NCBI RefSeq assembly: GCF_006345805.1
Contig: NW_021833468.1
Span: forward strand, 1-28,865
DNA: 28,865 nucleotides
Direction: 5' to 3'
Source of the DNA: Octopus sinensis
Taxonomy: Eukaryota
The position numbers were made by a program, and so were the translations under genes. The notes beneath the pieces were generated by a model. The model did not search any database, had not been told where the DNA came from, and saw only the letters and a program-made list of their open reading frames with translations. Positions within the stretch are counted from its first letter, which is position 1. Every line of letters starts with the position of its first letter. This document shows, piece by piece, positions 1-10,759 of this stretch.

Positions 1-21
1 TAAAAAAATAAATAAATATTC

Positions 22-399
22 GTGGTAGTCCGTCGGTTACGACGACGAGGGTTCCAGTTGATCCGATCAACGGAACAGCCTGCTCATGAAATTAACGTGC
101 AAGTGGCTGAGCACAGACACGTGTACCCTTAACGTAGTTCTCGGGGAGATTCAGCGTGACAGAATGTGCGACAAGGCTGGCCCTTCGAAATACAGGTACA
201 ACAGAAACAGGAAGAAAGAGTGAGAGAAAGCTGTGGTGAAAGAATACAGCAGTGTTCGTCACCACCTCCTGCCGGTACCTCGTGGAACTTTAGGTGTTTT
301 CACTCAATAAACACTCACAACGCCAGGTCTGGGAATCGAAACCGCGATCCTATGACAGCGAGTTCGCTTCTCTAAACACTGGGTCTATTGCACCTCCAC
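22..399 (-). mobile_element. tRNA-derived SINE, near full length (body A + tail 1)
   Basis: Minus strand begins GTGGAGGTGCAATAGACCCAGTG (A-box-like) then GGTTTCGATTCCCAGACC (B-box). The body recurs at 2100-2294, 3083-3250, 15370-15499 and 27480-27677; the tail recurs at 2870-3058 and 11547-11670. Confidence 0.85.
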
Positions 400-679
400 T
401 CACACACACATGCACACACACACACACACACTTATATTTATATACTATTATTTCTATGAAATGAAAACTAATTACATAATGAGTTTAACAACCTCGAGGA
501 GTGTTTAAAGAGTCAATAATTTCTGAAAACAGTTTATTCTTTAATAATAAAAAAAATTATGGATGTATGTGCGTATGTATGCGTGTATGCGTTTGTGTGT
601 GAGTGTGTGTGTGTATTTGGGTAAAGAAATTGTTATATATTCATGCATAAAAGCAAAGAGGTAAATACGAAGGAAGTTT

Positions 680-717
680 ATATATATATTATAATATATA
701 TTATATATATATATATA

Positions 718-758
<41 letters not shown>

Positions 759-773
759 TATATAGATAGATAT

Positions 774-809
<36 letters not shown>

Positions 810-930
810 ATAGATAGACATATATAAAAAATCTTGCACAACAAATATATAAACGTATATATATATATATATGTATGTATGTATATATGTATATATAGAT
901 ATATGTGTGTGTTTATGTGTGTGTGTGTTG
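680..930. repeat. Compound (TA)n/(GATA)n/(TG)n microsatellite
   Basis: Direct reading. Confidence 0.95.
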
Positions 931-1010
931 TCTTAACCGCCCACATTCACTGTCAGACAATAAAGAACAAATCACAAAAAAAATCTAGCGGTGGCTAAGT
1001 ACGGTTGGTG

Positions 1011-1011
<1 letters not shown>

Positions 1012-1073
<62 letters not shown>

Positions 1074-1130
1074 AGGAAAGAAAGAAAGAAGGAAAGAAGG
1101 AAAGAAAAAGAAAGGAAGAAAGAAAGAATG
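1012..1130. repeat. (GAAA)n microsatellite
   Basis: Direct reading; explains the SFFL-repeat ORF 972..1193. Confidence 0.95.
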
Positions 1131-1297
1131 TTTGGTCGAAAAGGAGAGAAGGAAGGATTTGAGAGAAAGAGGAGACAGTAAAAATATTTTCATAACATAT
1201 CAGAAATTGGAATATAAAACAAACTAAGATGAAGTATGATAATCATTTTTTTTAATAACAAAACTGTGATTGGATACATTCACAATCACACGCGCAA

Positions 1298-1490
1298 GCA
1301 CACACACACACACACACAAACACACACATACACGCATGTATGTATGTATGTATATGCATATGCACACACACACACACACACACACATATGTATATATTTA
1401 TACGTACATATATACATATATATATATATATATATGCGTATGTATGTATGTTTGCATATATATATATTCATATGTATATGTATATATAAA
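1298..1490. repeat. Compound (CA)n/(TATG)n/(TA)n microsatellite
   Basis: Direct reading. Confidence 0.9.
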
Positions 1491-2099
1491 TAAATCGTTT
1501 TTTTTTTTCAGTGCGAAAGTTCCTGAAGTGTATGTTATTAAGGATATTTCATATAGATTTAAACTCATAGCACCGTCTATAATCTGCGACGTTTAGTACG
1601 CTCCATGATTAAATATCTTGCTTAGAAATCTAAATCTCTACTGACTAGGTTCATGAAGAGAATCACATTTTAGTGGAAAGTTTCCATATAGAAATTATAG
1701 AAATTATTTCAGTATGGAGTAAAGGTTTCCTTGAATAAATTTTAGTGCATATTTTAATCAAAGAAATATTCCAGTAGAAAGGAAAATTGCCTTTTACTCA
1801 CTGGTTTTTGCTGCTTCGGCTTTCCAAAATTTGAAATGTATTCTTCATTGCAACGATTCTCTTATATATTTTCTGATATGCTTTTCAGCATCACAACTTG
1901 CATTCTCCAAATAGAGCAAATTGAAGCTATGTTTTACTACCTTTCTAAGGTAGATCTTATTTGTCGGCGATATAGATTGTTACGGCACCGCTTCGTTCTT
2001 TTCTACGTTCTACGTCGATTTATATTCTAATCAATGGTGATTTTTCTATTATACATGTGTGTTTAAATGACGAGCGGTCTCTAGATCAACATCAGCCGT

Positions 2100-2294
2100 G
2101 TGGAGGTGCAATGGCCCAGTGGTTTGGGAAGCGGACTCGCAGTTGTAAGACAGCGCTTTCGATTCCTAGACCGGGCATTGTGAGTGTTTATTGAGCAAAA
2201 ACACCTAAGCTCCACGAGGCTCCGGCGGTAGGGGGGTGAACCCCGCTGTACTCTTTCACCACAAATTTCTCTCACTCTTTCTTCCTACTTCTGC
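2100..2294 (+). mobile_element. tRNA-derived SINE, head + body A, no tail
   Basis: GTGGAGGTGCAATGGCCCAGTGG (A box) ... GCTTTCGATTCCTAGACC (B box); colinear with the reverse complement of 205-399. Confidence 0.85.
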
Positions 2295-2613
2295 CACAAA
2301 GCAGAGGAACCATGGTATAACCCACTATGGTGTGGTAAACTTTCTGACCCTAGTCTAGATTGCGAATCCTATGTACCCCAGGATGGTTCAGCTCTCCACC
2401 CGTTAAAAGCCACCGTTTACGGAATGAGGATAACAACGTAGCTTTGGCGCCCGTGCAATCGTCAGTCTATCGCGTGTGGTGGGTGGACCTTCAAGTTGCC
2501 ACACACATTCTTAGTAGCTTAGAGAAGGCTCGAATTAGAGATTATTCTTCGTGGTTAATGGCGTAAGTGCTGATTGGAAGAAGAAGAAGAAGAAGAAGAA
2601 GAAGAAGAAGAAG
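2295..2613 (+). mobile_element. Probable retroposon 3' fragment ending in a (GAA)n tail
   Basis: GC-richer segment ending directly in (GAA)n at 2577-2613. Family not identified; no coding motif seen. Confidence 0.35.
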
Positions 2614-2764
2614 CGGTTAGTTGCTGAAACATCAAGATAACCTGTGGTAAATATTATATTTTCTTCGTATGTAAAGAAACTTACACATTCCAGGAAATTC
2701 TTCCAGATCTTAATTATTTTCTGCTTATAAGAAACATGTTGCATAAAGTATTTAATTAATATAT

Positions 2765-3058
2765 CATATGTTATAACACTTGAGGACATGATTTCAGTTT
2801 CCGGCAATGCGTTGTGTCCTTGGGCAATACACTTTATTTCACGGTGCTTCAGTCCATTCAGCTGGCAAAAATAAGTAGTGCCTATGTTTCAAAGGATCAA
2901 CCTTCTAACACTATGTTTCACGCTGAATCTCCCCGAGAATTACGTCAAGGGTATATGTGTCTGTGGAGTGCGCAGCCACCTGCACATTAATTTCACGAGC
3001 GGGCTGTTCCGTTGATTGGATCAGCTGGGACCCTCGTCTTCGCAACTGACGGAGTGCC
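2765..3058 (+). mobile_element. SINE (decayed head, body B + tail 1)
   Basis: Body GCGTTGTGTCCTTGGGCAATACACTTTATTTCACG matches 23710-23760. Tail TCACGCTGAATCTCCCCGAGAA...GACCCTCGTC matches the reverse complement of 22-200. Confidence 0.8.
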
Positions 3059-3082
3059 TGTAGTGTATGTATATATATACAT

Positions 3083-3366
3083 GGTGGAGGCACATGGCCT
3101 AGTGGTCGAGGGATCGCTGGTTCGAATCTCAGACCGAGTGATGTGTGTGTTTATGAGCGAAACACCTAAGCTCCACGCGGCTCCGGCAGAAAGTAATGGC
3201 GAACTTCTGCTGACTCTTTCGCCACAATTTTCTCATACTCTTTCTTCCTGCATCTTGCAGCTCACCTGCGACGGACCTGCGTCCCGTCCATGTGAGGAAC
3301 CTATACGCCAAGGAAACCGGGAAACCGGCCCTTATGGGCCAGGTGTGGCTCGAGAAGGAACAGGCA

Positions 3367-3368
<2 letters not shown>
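3083..3368 (+). mobile_element. tRNA-derived SINE (body A + tail 2)
   Basis: TGGCCTAGTGG A box, GGTTCGAATCTC B box, small deletion in the head; colinear with the reverse complement of 27385-27677. Confidence 0.85.
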
Positions 3369-3415
<47 letters not shown>

Positions 3416-3544
3416 CGTAGATATTATATAGGCAAACATACATGTGTATGTATGTATGTATGTATGTATGTTGTATGTATGTATGTAAGTATGTGTATAC
3501 ATTCATATATTCAGACAGACACAGACACACAGACAGACAGACAC

Positions 3545-3582
<38 letters not shown>

Positions 3583-3615
3583 TGATAGACAGCCAGATAG
3601 ATAGCTAGATAGATA
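3368..3615. repeat. Compound (CA)n/(TA)n/(TGTA)n/(CAGA)n/(GATA)n microsatellite
   Basis: Direct reading. Confidence 0.9.
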
Positions 3616-4134
3616 GCGCCTCTTCATTTTTGGCATCTTTCTATTTCATCATTTACTTTCTCTGTAAATAACAAAAAATGCCCCGACACCGTTCCTCCCT
3701 TCTTCACTTTCTCACTCACACAATCACACAATCTCTGATTTATACCAAGCACCTTACACGACCGACCTGACTTTCCTGACCTCTCCTCTCATACCCACTA
3801 CTTCATTTAGCCTATTATCTCTTAAATCCTTTAAAGTTTTTTCACCTTTTAACCTTTTAACATTTCGTCTTAACCAAGTCGTTCGACGTCTTCTTCATCT
3901 CTGCCACACATTCACTCCCAGCTCAACTATAGAATTATATTTATCCTTCAATATATATATTACGGTCTTCTGCAGTCCTTCTTTCACGTTGCATTTCTAA
4001 CATACGAACAAAAGCTACAACTACTAACCTCACTGTATTTATATTGGTATTTCTAAATTACTATTGTACTCGACATTAGTATATTTTACCTGTCTTTTTT
4101 TTCTTCCGATTTCATTTCTTATTTCTCGTTTCCT

Positions 4135-4217
4135 TTCTTCTTCTTCTCCTCCTTCTTCTTCTTCTTCTTCTTCTTCTTCTTCTTCTTCTTCTTCTACTAC
4201 TACTACTACTACTACTA

Positions 4218-4253
<36 letters not shown>

Positions 4254-4305
4254 GACTACTTGTTATTATTATAATTATTTTATTATTATTATTATTATTA
4301 TTATT
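4135..4305. repeat. Compound (TCT)n/(TAC)n/(TAT)n trinucleotide repeat
   Basis: Direct reading; explains the poly-S/T/L and poly-E/V/N ORFs. Confidence 0.95.
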
Positions 4306-4424
4306 GTTTTTTCCTCCTTTCTTCAAATTTTCTTCCGTTTCTCTGCCTAGGGCAGAGAAGCTCATTGTATGCGTTCCCAGATTACACGCGCAAATTCACA
4401 GACAAAATATGTATTTAAAAATTA

Positions 4425-4440
4425 ATAAATAAATAAATAA

Positions 4441-4480
<40 letters not shown>

Positions 4481-4525
4481 TATTATTATTATTATTGTTG
4501 TTGTTGTTGTTGTTGTTGTTATTGA
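4425..4525. repeat. (ATT)n/(GTT)n microsatellite
   Basis: Direct reading. Confidence 0.95.
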
Positions 4526-5020
4526 GTGAGAGAGAGCAGTGCATGCCATCAAAGTGGGAATGGGGTAAAATATACGAAGCCCAGTATACCCATCATGACT
4601 ACCCGTCTGATAAGGGTACACCAGGCACATGCATCACAACAATATGTGCGTGACATGGTGATCTCATTTCAAGATAAACAGCACATGACCTTGCAGGCGG
4701 GGGCTCAGTTAGAATTTTCTTCAGGTCGAGTAACCCATCCCGCTCAAAAGGTCCCTGAATAAGGTTTGTTTAAGGATGATGAACGAAACACCCATGTTTC
4801 CAAGGGTGAATTATCCAAACCCCAAAGAATCCCTCTCAACACATGGCTATGATGCTTCCCCACTACTTCTGCTCGTGATCAGAGATGCACATATCGTCAA
4901 CCACTGAGGAACATACTCAACTAGTTAAGGTCAAACAACTGACAAACAAATCTGTGGTATTGAGCAGAATATTTGCTGTAGCCCATCATTTATACCAAGA
5001 CAAAACAATATACAAAAGAT
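4526..5020 (-). mobile_element. Probable LINE 3' UTR fragment with (AAC/AAT)n tail, embedded in a (TAA)n array
   Basis: Unique-looking ~495 bp bounded on both sides by (AAT)n; no ORF motif. Family assignment rests on recollection of similar octopus repeats only. Confidence 0.45.
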
Positions 5021-5038
5021 ATTATTATTATGATTATG

Positions 5039-5104
<66 letters not shown>

Positions 5105-5175
5105 GTTGTTGTTGTTATTATTATTATTATTATTATTATAATTATTATTATTATTATTATCATTATTATTATTCT
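5020..5175. repeat. (TAT)n microsatellite (further tracts at 5283-5365 and 5595-5635)
   Basis: Direct reading; explains the poly-Y/poly-I ORFs. Confidence 0.95.
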
Positions 5176-5283
5176 ATGTTTGACTTTTGCTTTATATTTG
5201 TACAAATTGGCTCCAAGTCTTACCCAGAGACCCCAAGAGACAACAGGTTGTTGTTGTTATGCCTAGTGTGCCATATATTTGGT
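5175..5283 (-). mobile_element. Short 3'-terminal LINE fragment (possibly R4/Dong type) inserted in (TAA)n
   Basis: Minus strand ends ...GTACAAATATAAAGCAAAAGTCAAACATAG then (AAT)n, with (AAT)n also on the 5' side. The Dong assignment is inference from the TAA context and recalled similarity. Confidence 0.45.
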
Positions 5284-5293
5284 TATTATTATG

Positions 5294-5362
<69 letters not shown>

Positions 5363-5366
5363 TATT

Positions 5367-5592
5367 AAGGCGGCGAGCTGGCAGACACGTTAGCGCGCCG
5401 GGCGGAATGCTTAGCGGTCTGTCGTTACGTTCTGAGTTCAAATTCCGCCGAGGTCGACTTTGCCTTTCATCCTTTCGGGGTCGATAAATAAAAGTACCAG
5501 TTTCGCACTGGGGTCGATGTAATCAACTTAATCCGTTTGTCTGTCCTTGTTTGTCCTCTCTATGTTTAGCCCCTTGTGGGCAATATAGAAAT
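5367..5592 (+). mobile_element. tRNA-derived SINE (GGCGGCGAGCTGGCAGA family)
   Basis: A-box-like TGGCAGACACGTT, B box GAGTTCAAATTCC; related copies at 10676-10757, 16310-16740 and 17917-18120. Confidence 0.85.
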
Positions 5593-5594
5593 AT

Positions 5595-5629
<35 letters not shown>

Positions 5630-5635
5630 TACTAT

Positions 5636-6130
5636 ATTAGCAAGCGGGGCGAAATGCTTTCCCTCTTATACTGCCCAATATGCGAAAGGTGTCTGGAAAT
5701 AGTCAGATGGATGTGCTTGTTATTTTGGACAGACTTGTCCATAAGGATTCCTTCACTAACCAATGCTCTTCCCCAGGTTTTCTCTACATCTCTTTCTCTT
5801 GGTATTGCATTGATTTCCACTTTATTGTGACCTAGTTTTTTTTAATAAAATCGTCTTGTGTTTTGTTTATACATCTATAAATCGTAGTCGCTTTTGCAAT
5901 TCTTGTTAGGATCTCTTGAATCAGGCGTTCTCTGATTTCCGATATTTCTGTTTGTTTGTTTGTTTTTTTAATTTTATACTTGTCTAGTATCTTTGTTATT
6001 GATTTCATTGAAAATTATCATTTTTCTCTAATTTTTTCTTTTTTTTTTCTCTTCAGTATTATTATTTTATTTTATTTTCTGTATTTCTTCATATATTCTT
6101 AAATTTATACTGAGTTCTTCAATATTGATT
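5636..6130 (-). pseudogene. Highly decayed LINE ORF fragment, possibly the pre-RT region of an R4/Dong-type element
   Basis: Broken minus-strand translation (EILTRIAKATTIYR...LGHNKVEINAIPRERDVEKTWG) resembles the region upstream of RT in R4-clade ORFs as I recall it; multiple stops and frameshifts; abuts (AAT)n. Confidence 0.35.
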
Positions 6131-6212
6131 AAATTTTAATATATGCATTATCCCTCAAATATTTTGTAAACCTTGTGTTTGAACGTTTTACTGATATTTT
6201 TTTTTTTTTTGC

Positions 6213-6358
6213 GCACGGTGTAGCTTTTCAGCCATGCGGTTCTGAGTTCCACCCCACTACGTAGCACTCTACATGATTGTCTGCTAAAATAGCCCCTGGA
6301 AAACCAATGATTTGTGAGTAAATTTAGTTGACAGAAACTGGCAGAGTCGCACATGTAC
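6213..6358 (+). mobile_element. Decayed SINE (GTGTGGTAAGAAGCTTGC family)
   Basis: GGTTCTGAGTTCACCCCACTACGTAGCAC...GATTTGTGAGTAAATTTAGTTGACAGAAACTG aligns with 12065-12230. Confidence 0.65.
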
Positions 6359-6604
6359 GTGCACGTTCATATGTGTGTGTAAGAGATATATACATACGTG
6401 AACCTAGATGACCAAAAGAAATCAGTTAAATTTCTGATGTGTCAAGAATGTTAATGTTCCACTTCGTTGCCATAATATGGCGGGCGTAATGGTTTCATAA
6501 GCAATACATTTGTGGCTAGGGGAAGATATAATTTGTTGATGACGATTCCAAGAAACGAAACACGTGTTCAGCTGTTTTAATATTTTATATATATATATAT
6601 ATAT

Positions 6605-6940
6605 AAGTTCAGCAAAAATTTAGATTTAAATGAATGTGGAATTTAGATGCACCAGAATTCTGTATGGTGTTATCCATAAAAATCCGTGTCAGGCAGTTGA
6701 TGGGCTCAACTAACTCAAATGTTCTTAAAATTTAAATCCACATCTTTGTCTATGTATCTACCTTCTCTATAATGCTGCCACTTGATATGAAAATTTTTGT
6801 ATTAATGGAAAACCTCTATAATTGGCTGACGAGTGCTCAGCATTTTAAAACTGTTGTAATACTTACAATATTTAATAAAATGATGTAGTACGAAACGATC
6901 GTACCAAATTACCGGAGTCATTCTTGTTGCTTATTTTGAT
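6605..6940 (+). mobile_element. (TA)n-flanked non-coding element carrying a hammerhead ribozyme (Penelope-like/retrozyme-like)
   Basis: Bounded by (TA)n at ~6587-6604 and ~6941-6964; contains the HHR at 6819-6911. Established: Penelope-like elements carry minimal HHRs in their pLTRs. Confidence 0.6.
6819..6911 (+). ncRNA. Type-I hammerhead ribozyme, complete catalytic core
   Basis: Stem I TAATTGG 6819-6825 / CCA(A)ATTA 6904-6911 (7 bp, one bulge); CUGACGA 6826-6832; stem II GTGCT 6833-6837 / AGTAC 6887-6891 with G10.1-C11.1, extended by CATTTTA/TAAAATG and TGTTGTA/TACAATA; GAAA 6892-6895; C-GATC-G stem/loop III; GUA triplet 6901-6903, predicted cleavage between 6903 and 6904. Folded by eye. 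Confidence 0.75.
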
Positions 6941-8039
6941 TATATATATATAATATATATATATAGTTCATTTTGAATATAAATAATAGCATATAATTAT
7001 TGAGTTGAAAGAGCTATGGAGTCGACGACTACCCGTGTGACATTTTTTCATCTAAGAGGGTCTTTTTACCACAGGATTTTCATGGTATGATTTATACATT
7101 TCTGTGATGTGCCACGACAGTCACAACTTCAAGAAAGAATATATAAAACTCTAATGACGTCAACAATGCACACACCACACACACACACACACAGATGTAT
7201 ATATATATATAGTCATAAGTCATACACATGTGTGTGTTAGTATGTATATATTTGTGTGCGTGTGCCTATACGTATCTGTGTGTATGTATCTGTGTTTGTA
7301 CATCTGATTGTTTCCTTGAAGCTAAAACATTTGTGCCGTTGATGTTTAATCGTTACTTCACCACTGTGAATCTCAAAGATTATTTTCGACCAGTGAATAC
7401 AGCAAACTGGTGTCTACCGCACGAAAACTTTTAGTATGTGGCAATAATTTGATTTACCGACTAACAGTAAGTACAAGCTCTATCCACTTCAACACAGGTG
7501 TCTGTTAACTTCTTTCATTTTTTATTTGCTAATATACATAAACAAGTATACACTATATGTCCGTGTGTGTGTGTGTGTGTACGTAGAGAGAGTGTGTATG
7601 CTTGCGTAAGAAAGAAAACATAACAGGCAGAACAAAGAAAATATATACTCTGTAGACTGTCCATCACGGAATCTTTGCAGTTTTGACGCCTGAAGACAGA
7701 ACCATTATTATTAGGTGCGTCAACAGTCACCAGATGTGTTTGTTAGGGAACTGATGGAATAAAGGGGAAGCAAAAAATAATATGAATATATATAATACAT
7801 ATGTCTGTGCGTGTGTCTGTGTGTGAGTGCGCGCATATTATTTAGCTAAAACCTCGACCCATCGCTAATCCTTGTTCTTATATCCAATGCTGCCAAGAAA
7901 TAGAGAGTGGAACTTTATATATGTGGTGGTGGGGAGAGTGATTGTATGTGTATGTGTGTGTGTGCGTATGTGTGTGCGTGTGTGTGTGTATCGAAATCAT
8001 GAAAGATCCTTTATAGCATAGACTCATTTAGACCGATTT

Positions 8040-8131
8040 ACTGGGTACAGCGGCGTACATATTTCCCCTCATGGGACGGGAAGCCGGTCCGTCGCTGGAT
8101 TTCTCTCTTTTTTTCCTAGCTGAGTGAACTG
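8040..8131 (-). mobile_element. SINE fragment (body B / tail 2 junction)
   Basis: GGGACGGGAAGCCGGTCCGTCGC...AGCTGAGTGAACTG is similar to the reverse complement of 23750-23815 and 3255-3290. Confidence 0.55.
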
Positions 8132-8212
8132 ATGAAGGCTGGAGGGTACATCAGCCGAAAAGTGTTAACAACAAACAAGATATCCATCAAATGTAAATAA
8201 TGTAAATAATGT
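8129..8212 (+). mobile_element. Truncated copy of the HHR-bearing repeat also found at 18527-18700
   Basis: CTGATGA-A-GGCTG-GAGGGTACAT-CAGCC-GAAA then GTGTTAACAACAAACAAGA...ATGTAAATAATGTA, near-identical to the reverse complement of 18550-18641. Stem I 5' strand and the CGTT after GAAA are missing. Confidence 0.7.
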
Positions 8213-8287
8213 GAAAGTAAGTGTTTTGTTCAAGAACACAACGAATCGCTGGATCCAAAAATCGAAACCAGAATCTAACGATCATCA

Positions 8288-8890
8288 GTACAATTTGGTG
8301 CAGAGACGTGGCGGCTAAGAAAGGTGGAAAGGAGACGGCTAGAAGTGTTTGATATAAGATGTCTGAGGGCTATGGTTAGCGTGATACGGATACGCAGGAT
8401 GAGGTACGAGGAGGTGCGAACACGAGTAGTAAATGAGAGAAAAACTAACAACCAAAATGGATAGACGAATGTTGAGGTGGTTTGGCAACATGGAGAGGAT
8501 GGATGAAGAGCGGATGATAAGGAGGGTGATGAAGGCAGATTTGGTAGGCAGCAGAACCTGACGCAGACTTTGGTTTGTGTGGATGAATGGAGTGAGGAAA
8601 GTTTTGGTGGTTAGGAGTGTTGGAGTGAGAGAGGCAAGAGAGTTTATAAATGATAGGAAAGCTTGTGGACGGATGAATTTGATGTTGCTCAAAGTAGTAC
8701 GAAACCAGCATGATGAGGCGGGGGTAAACCAGCATTTTCTGTCGGGACGCGCTACTGATATTGTGGGTTGCGTTCTATGCCTTGACCCGAACATAGAACG
8801 GGGCTCGCGTCTTTGAGCTGGCAAATGAATAGAATTCGTGGAGTGCGTCTTGTGGCTACCTCGTCCTAAAAAATAGAGAATAGCCCTGGG
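8288..8890 (+). pseudogene. Decayed RTE-clade LINE, ORF C-terminus plus 3' UTR
   Basis: Translation VQFGAETWRLRKVERRRLEVFDIRCLRAMV...(frameshift ~8440)...KMDRRMLRWFGNMERMDEERMIRRVM...(stop ~8549)...WMNGVRKVL matches the RTE signature YGxETW..ExRCLR / LRWFGHVERM. The 3' boundary is approximate. Confidence 0.8.
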
Positions 8891-8917
8891 TATATAATAT
8901 ATATATATATGTGTGTA

Positions 8918-8979
<62 letters not shown>

Positions 8980-9000
8980 ATATATATATATATAACGTTA
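8890..9000. repeat. (TA)n microsatellite
   Basis: Direct reading. Confidence 0.95.
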
Positions 9001-9430
9001 TATAATTAGGGCTTAGTAAAATAAATTACTTTCCCACATACTGAAATTATTAGAAATAGCAGCCAAAAAGTTTTTAGCTATTTCCACTACTTTAAGAAAA
9101 AGTCTCTCAGATAGTGTTTACTCAAAATAACTCACGAAGATATGGAGGGAAAACAGTAAAATATCACATGTAAAAAGATTATTTGGGAACGCTCACGTTT
9201 CTAGATCAGCCGAAATAAAACTCAGCATTTCTTTCGTCAGCTCAACATTTCTTAATTTGGATTTGAAAGCACTAAAAAAAGGAACGTACCCGTCCGATAA
9301 TGAATAACCTCAGACAAACATCTTCAAACTGCCAGTACTAGCAAATTCAAAAAGTACAAGTGAAGATTCAGGTTCTTCCCGCTTCCACCCACGTGAGTTA
9401 TCTAGTAAACATACTATAACGTACCATATA
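9000..9430 (-). mobile_element. (TA)n-flanked element with a degenerate hammerhead motif
   Basis: Bounded by TA-rich tracts; shares GAAATAGCAGCCAAA (9054-9068) and TATAATT(T)AGGG with the 14939-15107 hairpin; HHR-like motif at 9182-9246. Confidence 0.45.
9182..9246 (-). ncRNA. Degenerate type-I hammerhead ribozyme
   Basis: Minus strand: UUGAG-CUGACGA-[32-nt stem II with AGA/UCU and GCUGA/UCGGC]-GAAA-CG-UGAG-CG-UU^CCCAA. Core intact, but one stem I mismatch and no 10.1-11.1 pair. Confidence 0.5.
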
Positions 9431-10675
9431 TAACGTACCACTAACATACCATATATATGAGTGTGTGTATTTGTGTGTGTGAGTATGTATGGATGTGTGT
9501 GCGCGCGTGTGCATGTGTGCGTGCGAGCGTGCTGTTCCTGTTTGTGCTTCCGTAACTGTTTATGTGCGCATGTTCGTACTTCCATGCATTTAATAAACAC
9601 ACCATACATACATATTGTTCTTAAAAATCATAAACTGACATTAAATGCGGCTTAATTATAGCATATAAGTATGTAATGGATTTGTTTAATGGTTCATTTA
9701 TATATATGTTCGTTCTTGTCTGTACATATACCTATGTGTACTATGTGTGTGTGTTTGTGCATCTATTTATTTATGTATGTTTGTATCTTTATATATATAT
9801 ATGTGTATGTGTGTGTGTGTACATATATATATATATATCTTTGTATATATGCATATATATCACACGTGTGTGTATACGCACCTTTATTCTTGCAGTAAAC
9901 ATTATTAATAGAATCAATAAATAAATTATTAATTGTATTTACTAGTTGTGCTTCTTCGTCCTGTTCTTTTTTGTGTGTTGTTTTACTTCGCTTTGTTGTT
10001 GTTACTATTGTGTATGAGTACGTATGTGTGTTTGCGCGCTTGTGTTTGTGTATGTGTGTGTGTGTGAATATGTGTGTGTGTGTGTTCCTTTTAATTAGAT
10101 TTTCCCAATTGAATTAGCGCGATGAACATAATTTTTGAAATTTTTCTTTTAATGGCTTCAGTGAAAAAAATTATGGCTTCCATGAAAAGAAAATACACAT
10201 CGCTTTAGTTTTGTTTTTTCTCCTTTTATTTTTTTCAAATGATTTCAACGATAAATTTATTTCAATGAAAATCATTACATTCTTTGTTTTACTAATATTT
10301 CATTGAAAATCGTTATAGCGACTTAAATAGAAAGCGTATTTCTTCGAAAAATCATTAAACATTCGGTTTCATTGTATAATGTGTAACGTTCTTTGAAAAT
10401 TACGATTTCCTCTCTTAAGTGTATTTATATTTCACTGAAAATTGGTATTTCATAAGCTATTTTGTTGTTGAAATTGAATTTATCTATTTAAAAAAGAACT
10501 TTTTTTTTTGGCTTTTCAATAACTTTAACACTGAATGAATTGTGTAACGGAATGCCAAAAGGCATTTAACGTCGACGTGAATAGCATTGAATATTTTAGT
10601 TAAATCTTTAGCGTACTTGGACGCGATTAGACGAATGGCAATAAGAAGAGAGAGAGAGACGATGATAATATTAAT

Positions 10676-10757
10676 CTGTTCTACAATCGGCGCAAGGCCT
10701 GAAATTTTGGGGGATGAGACTAGTTGATTACATCGACCTTAATGGTCAACTAGTACT
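10676..10757 (-). mobile_element. SINE 3' fragment (same family as 5367-5592)
   Basis: Reverse complement AGTACTAGTTGACCATTAAGGTCGATGTAATCAACTAG...AATTTCAGGCCTTGCGCC aligns with the 3' halves of 5367-5592 and 16310-16520. Confidence 0.65.
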
Positions 10758-10759
10758 GC

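Noticed and set aside
1796-1955. Splice-like signals on both strands (minus CCA|GTGAGT at 1802; plus TTTTCAG|...AAG|GTAGAT)
   Set aside because: No recognisable protein and stops in most frames; such motifs are expected by chance.
7348-7710. Possible small exons (ACA|GTAAGT near 7467; TAG|ACTGTC...AG|GTGCGT at ~7650-7710)
   Set aside because: Short peptides with no recognisable homology; cannot be supported without RNA data.
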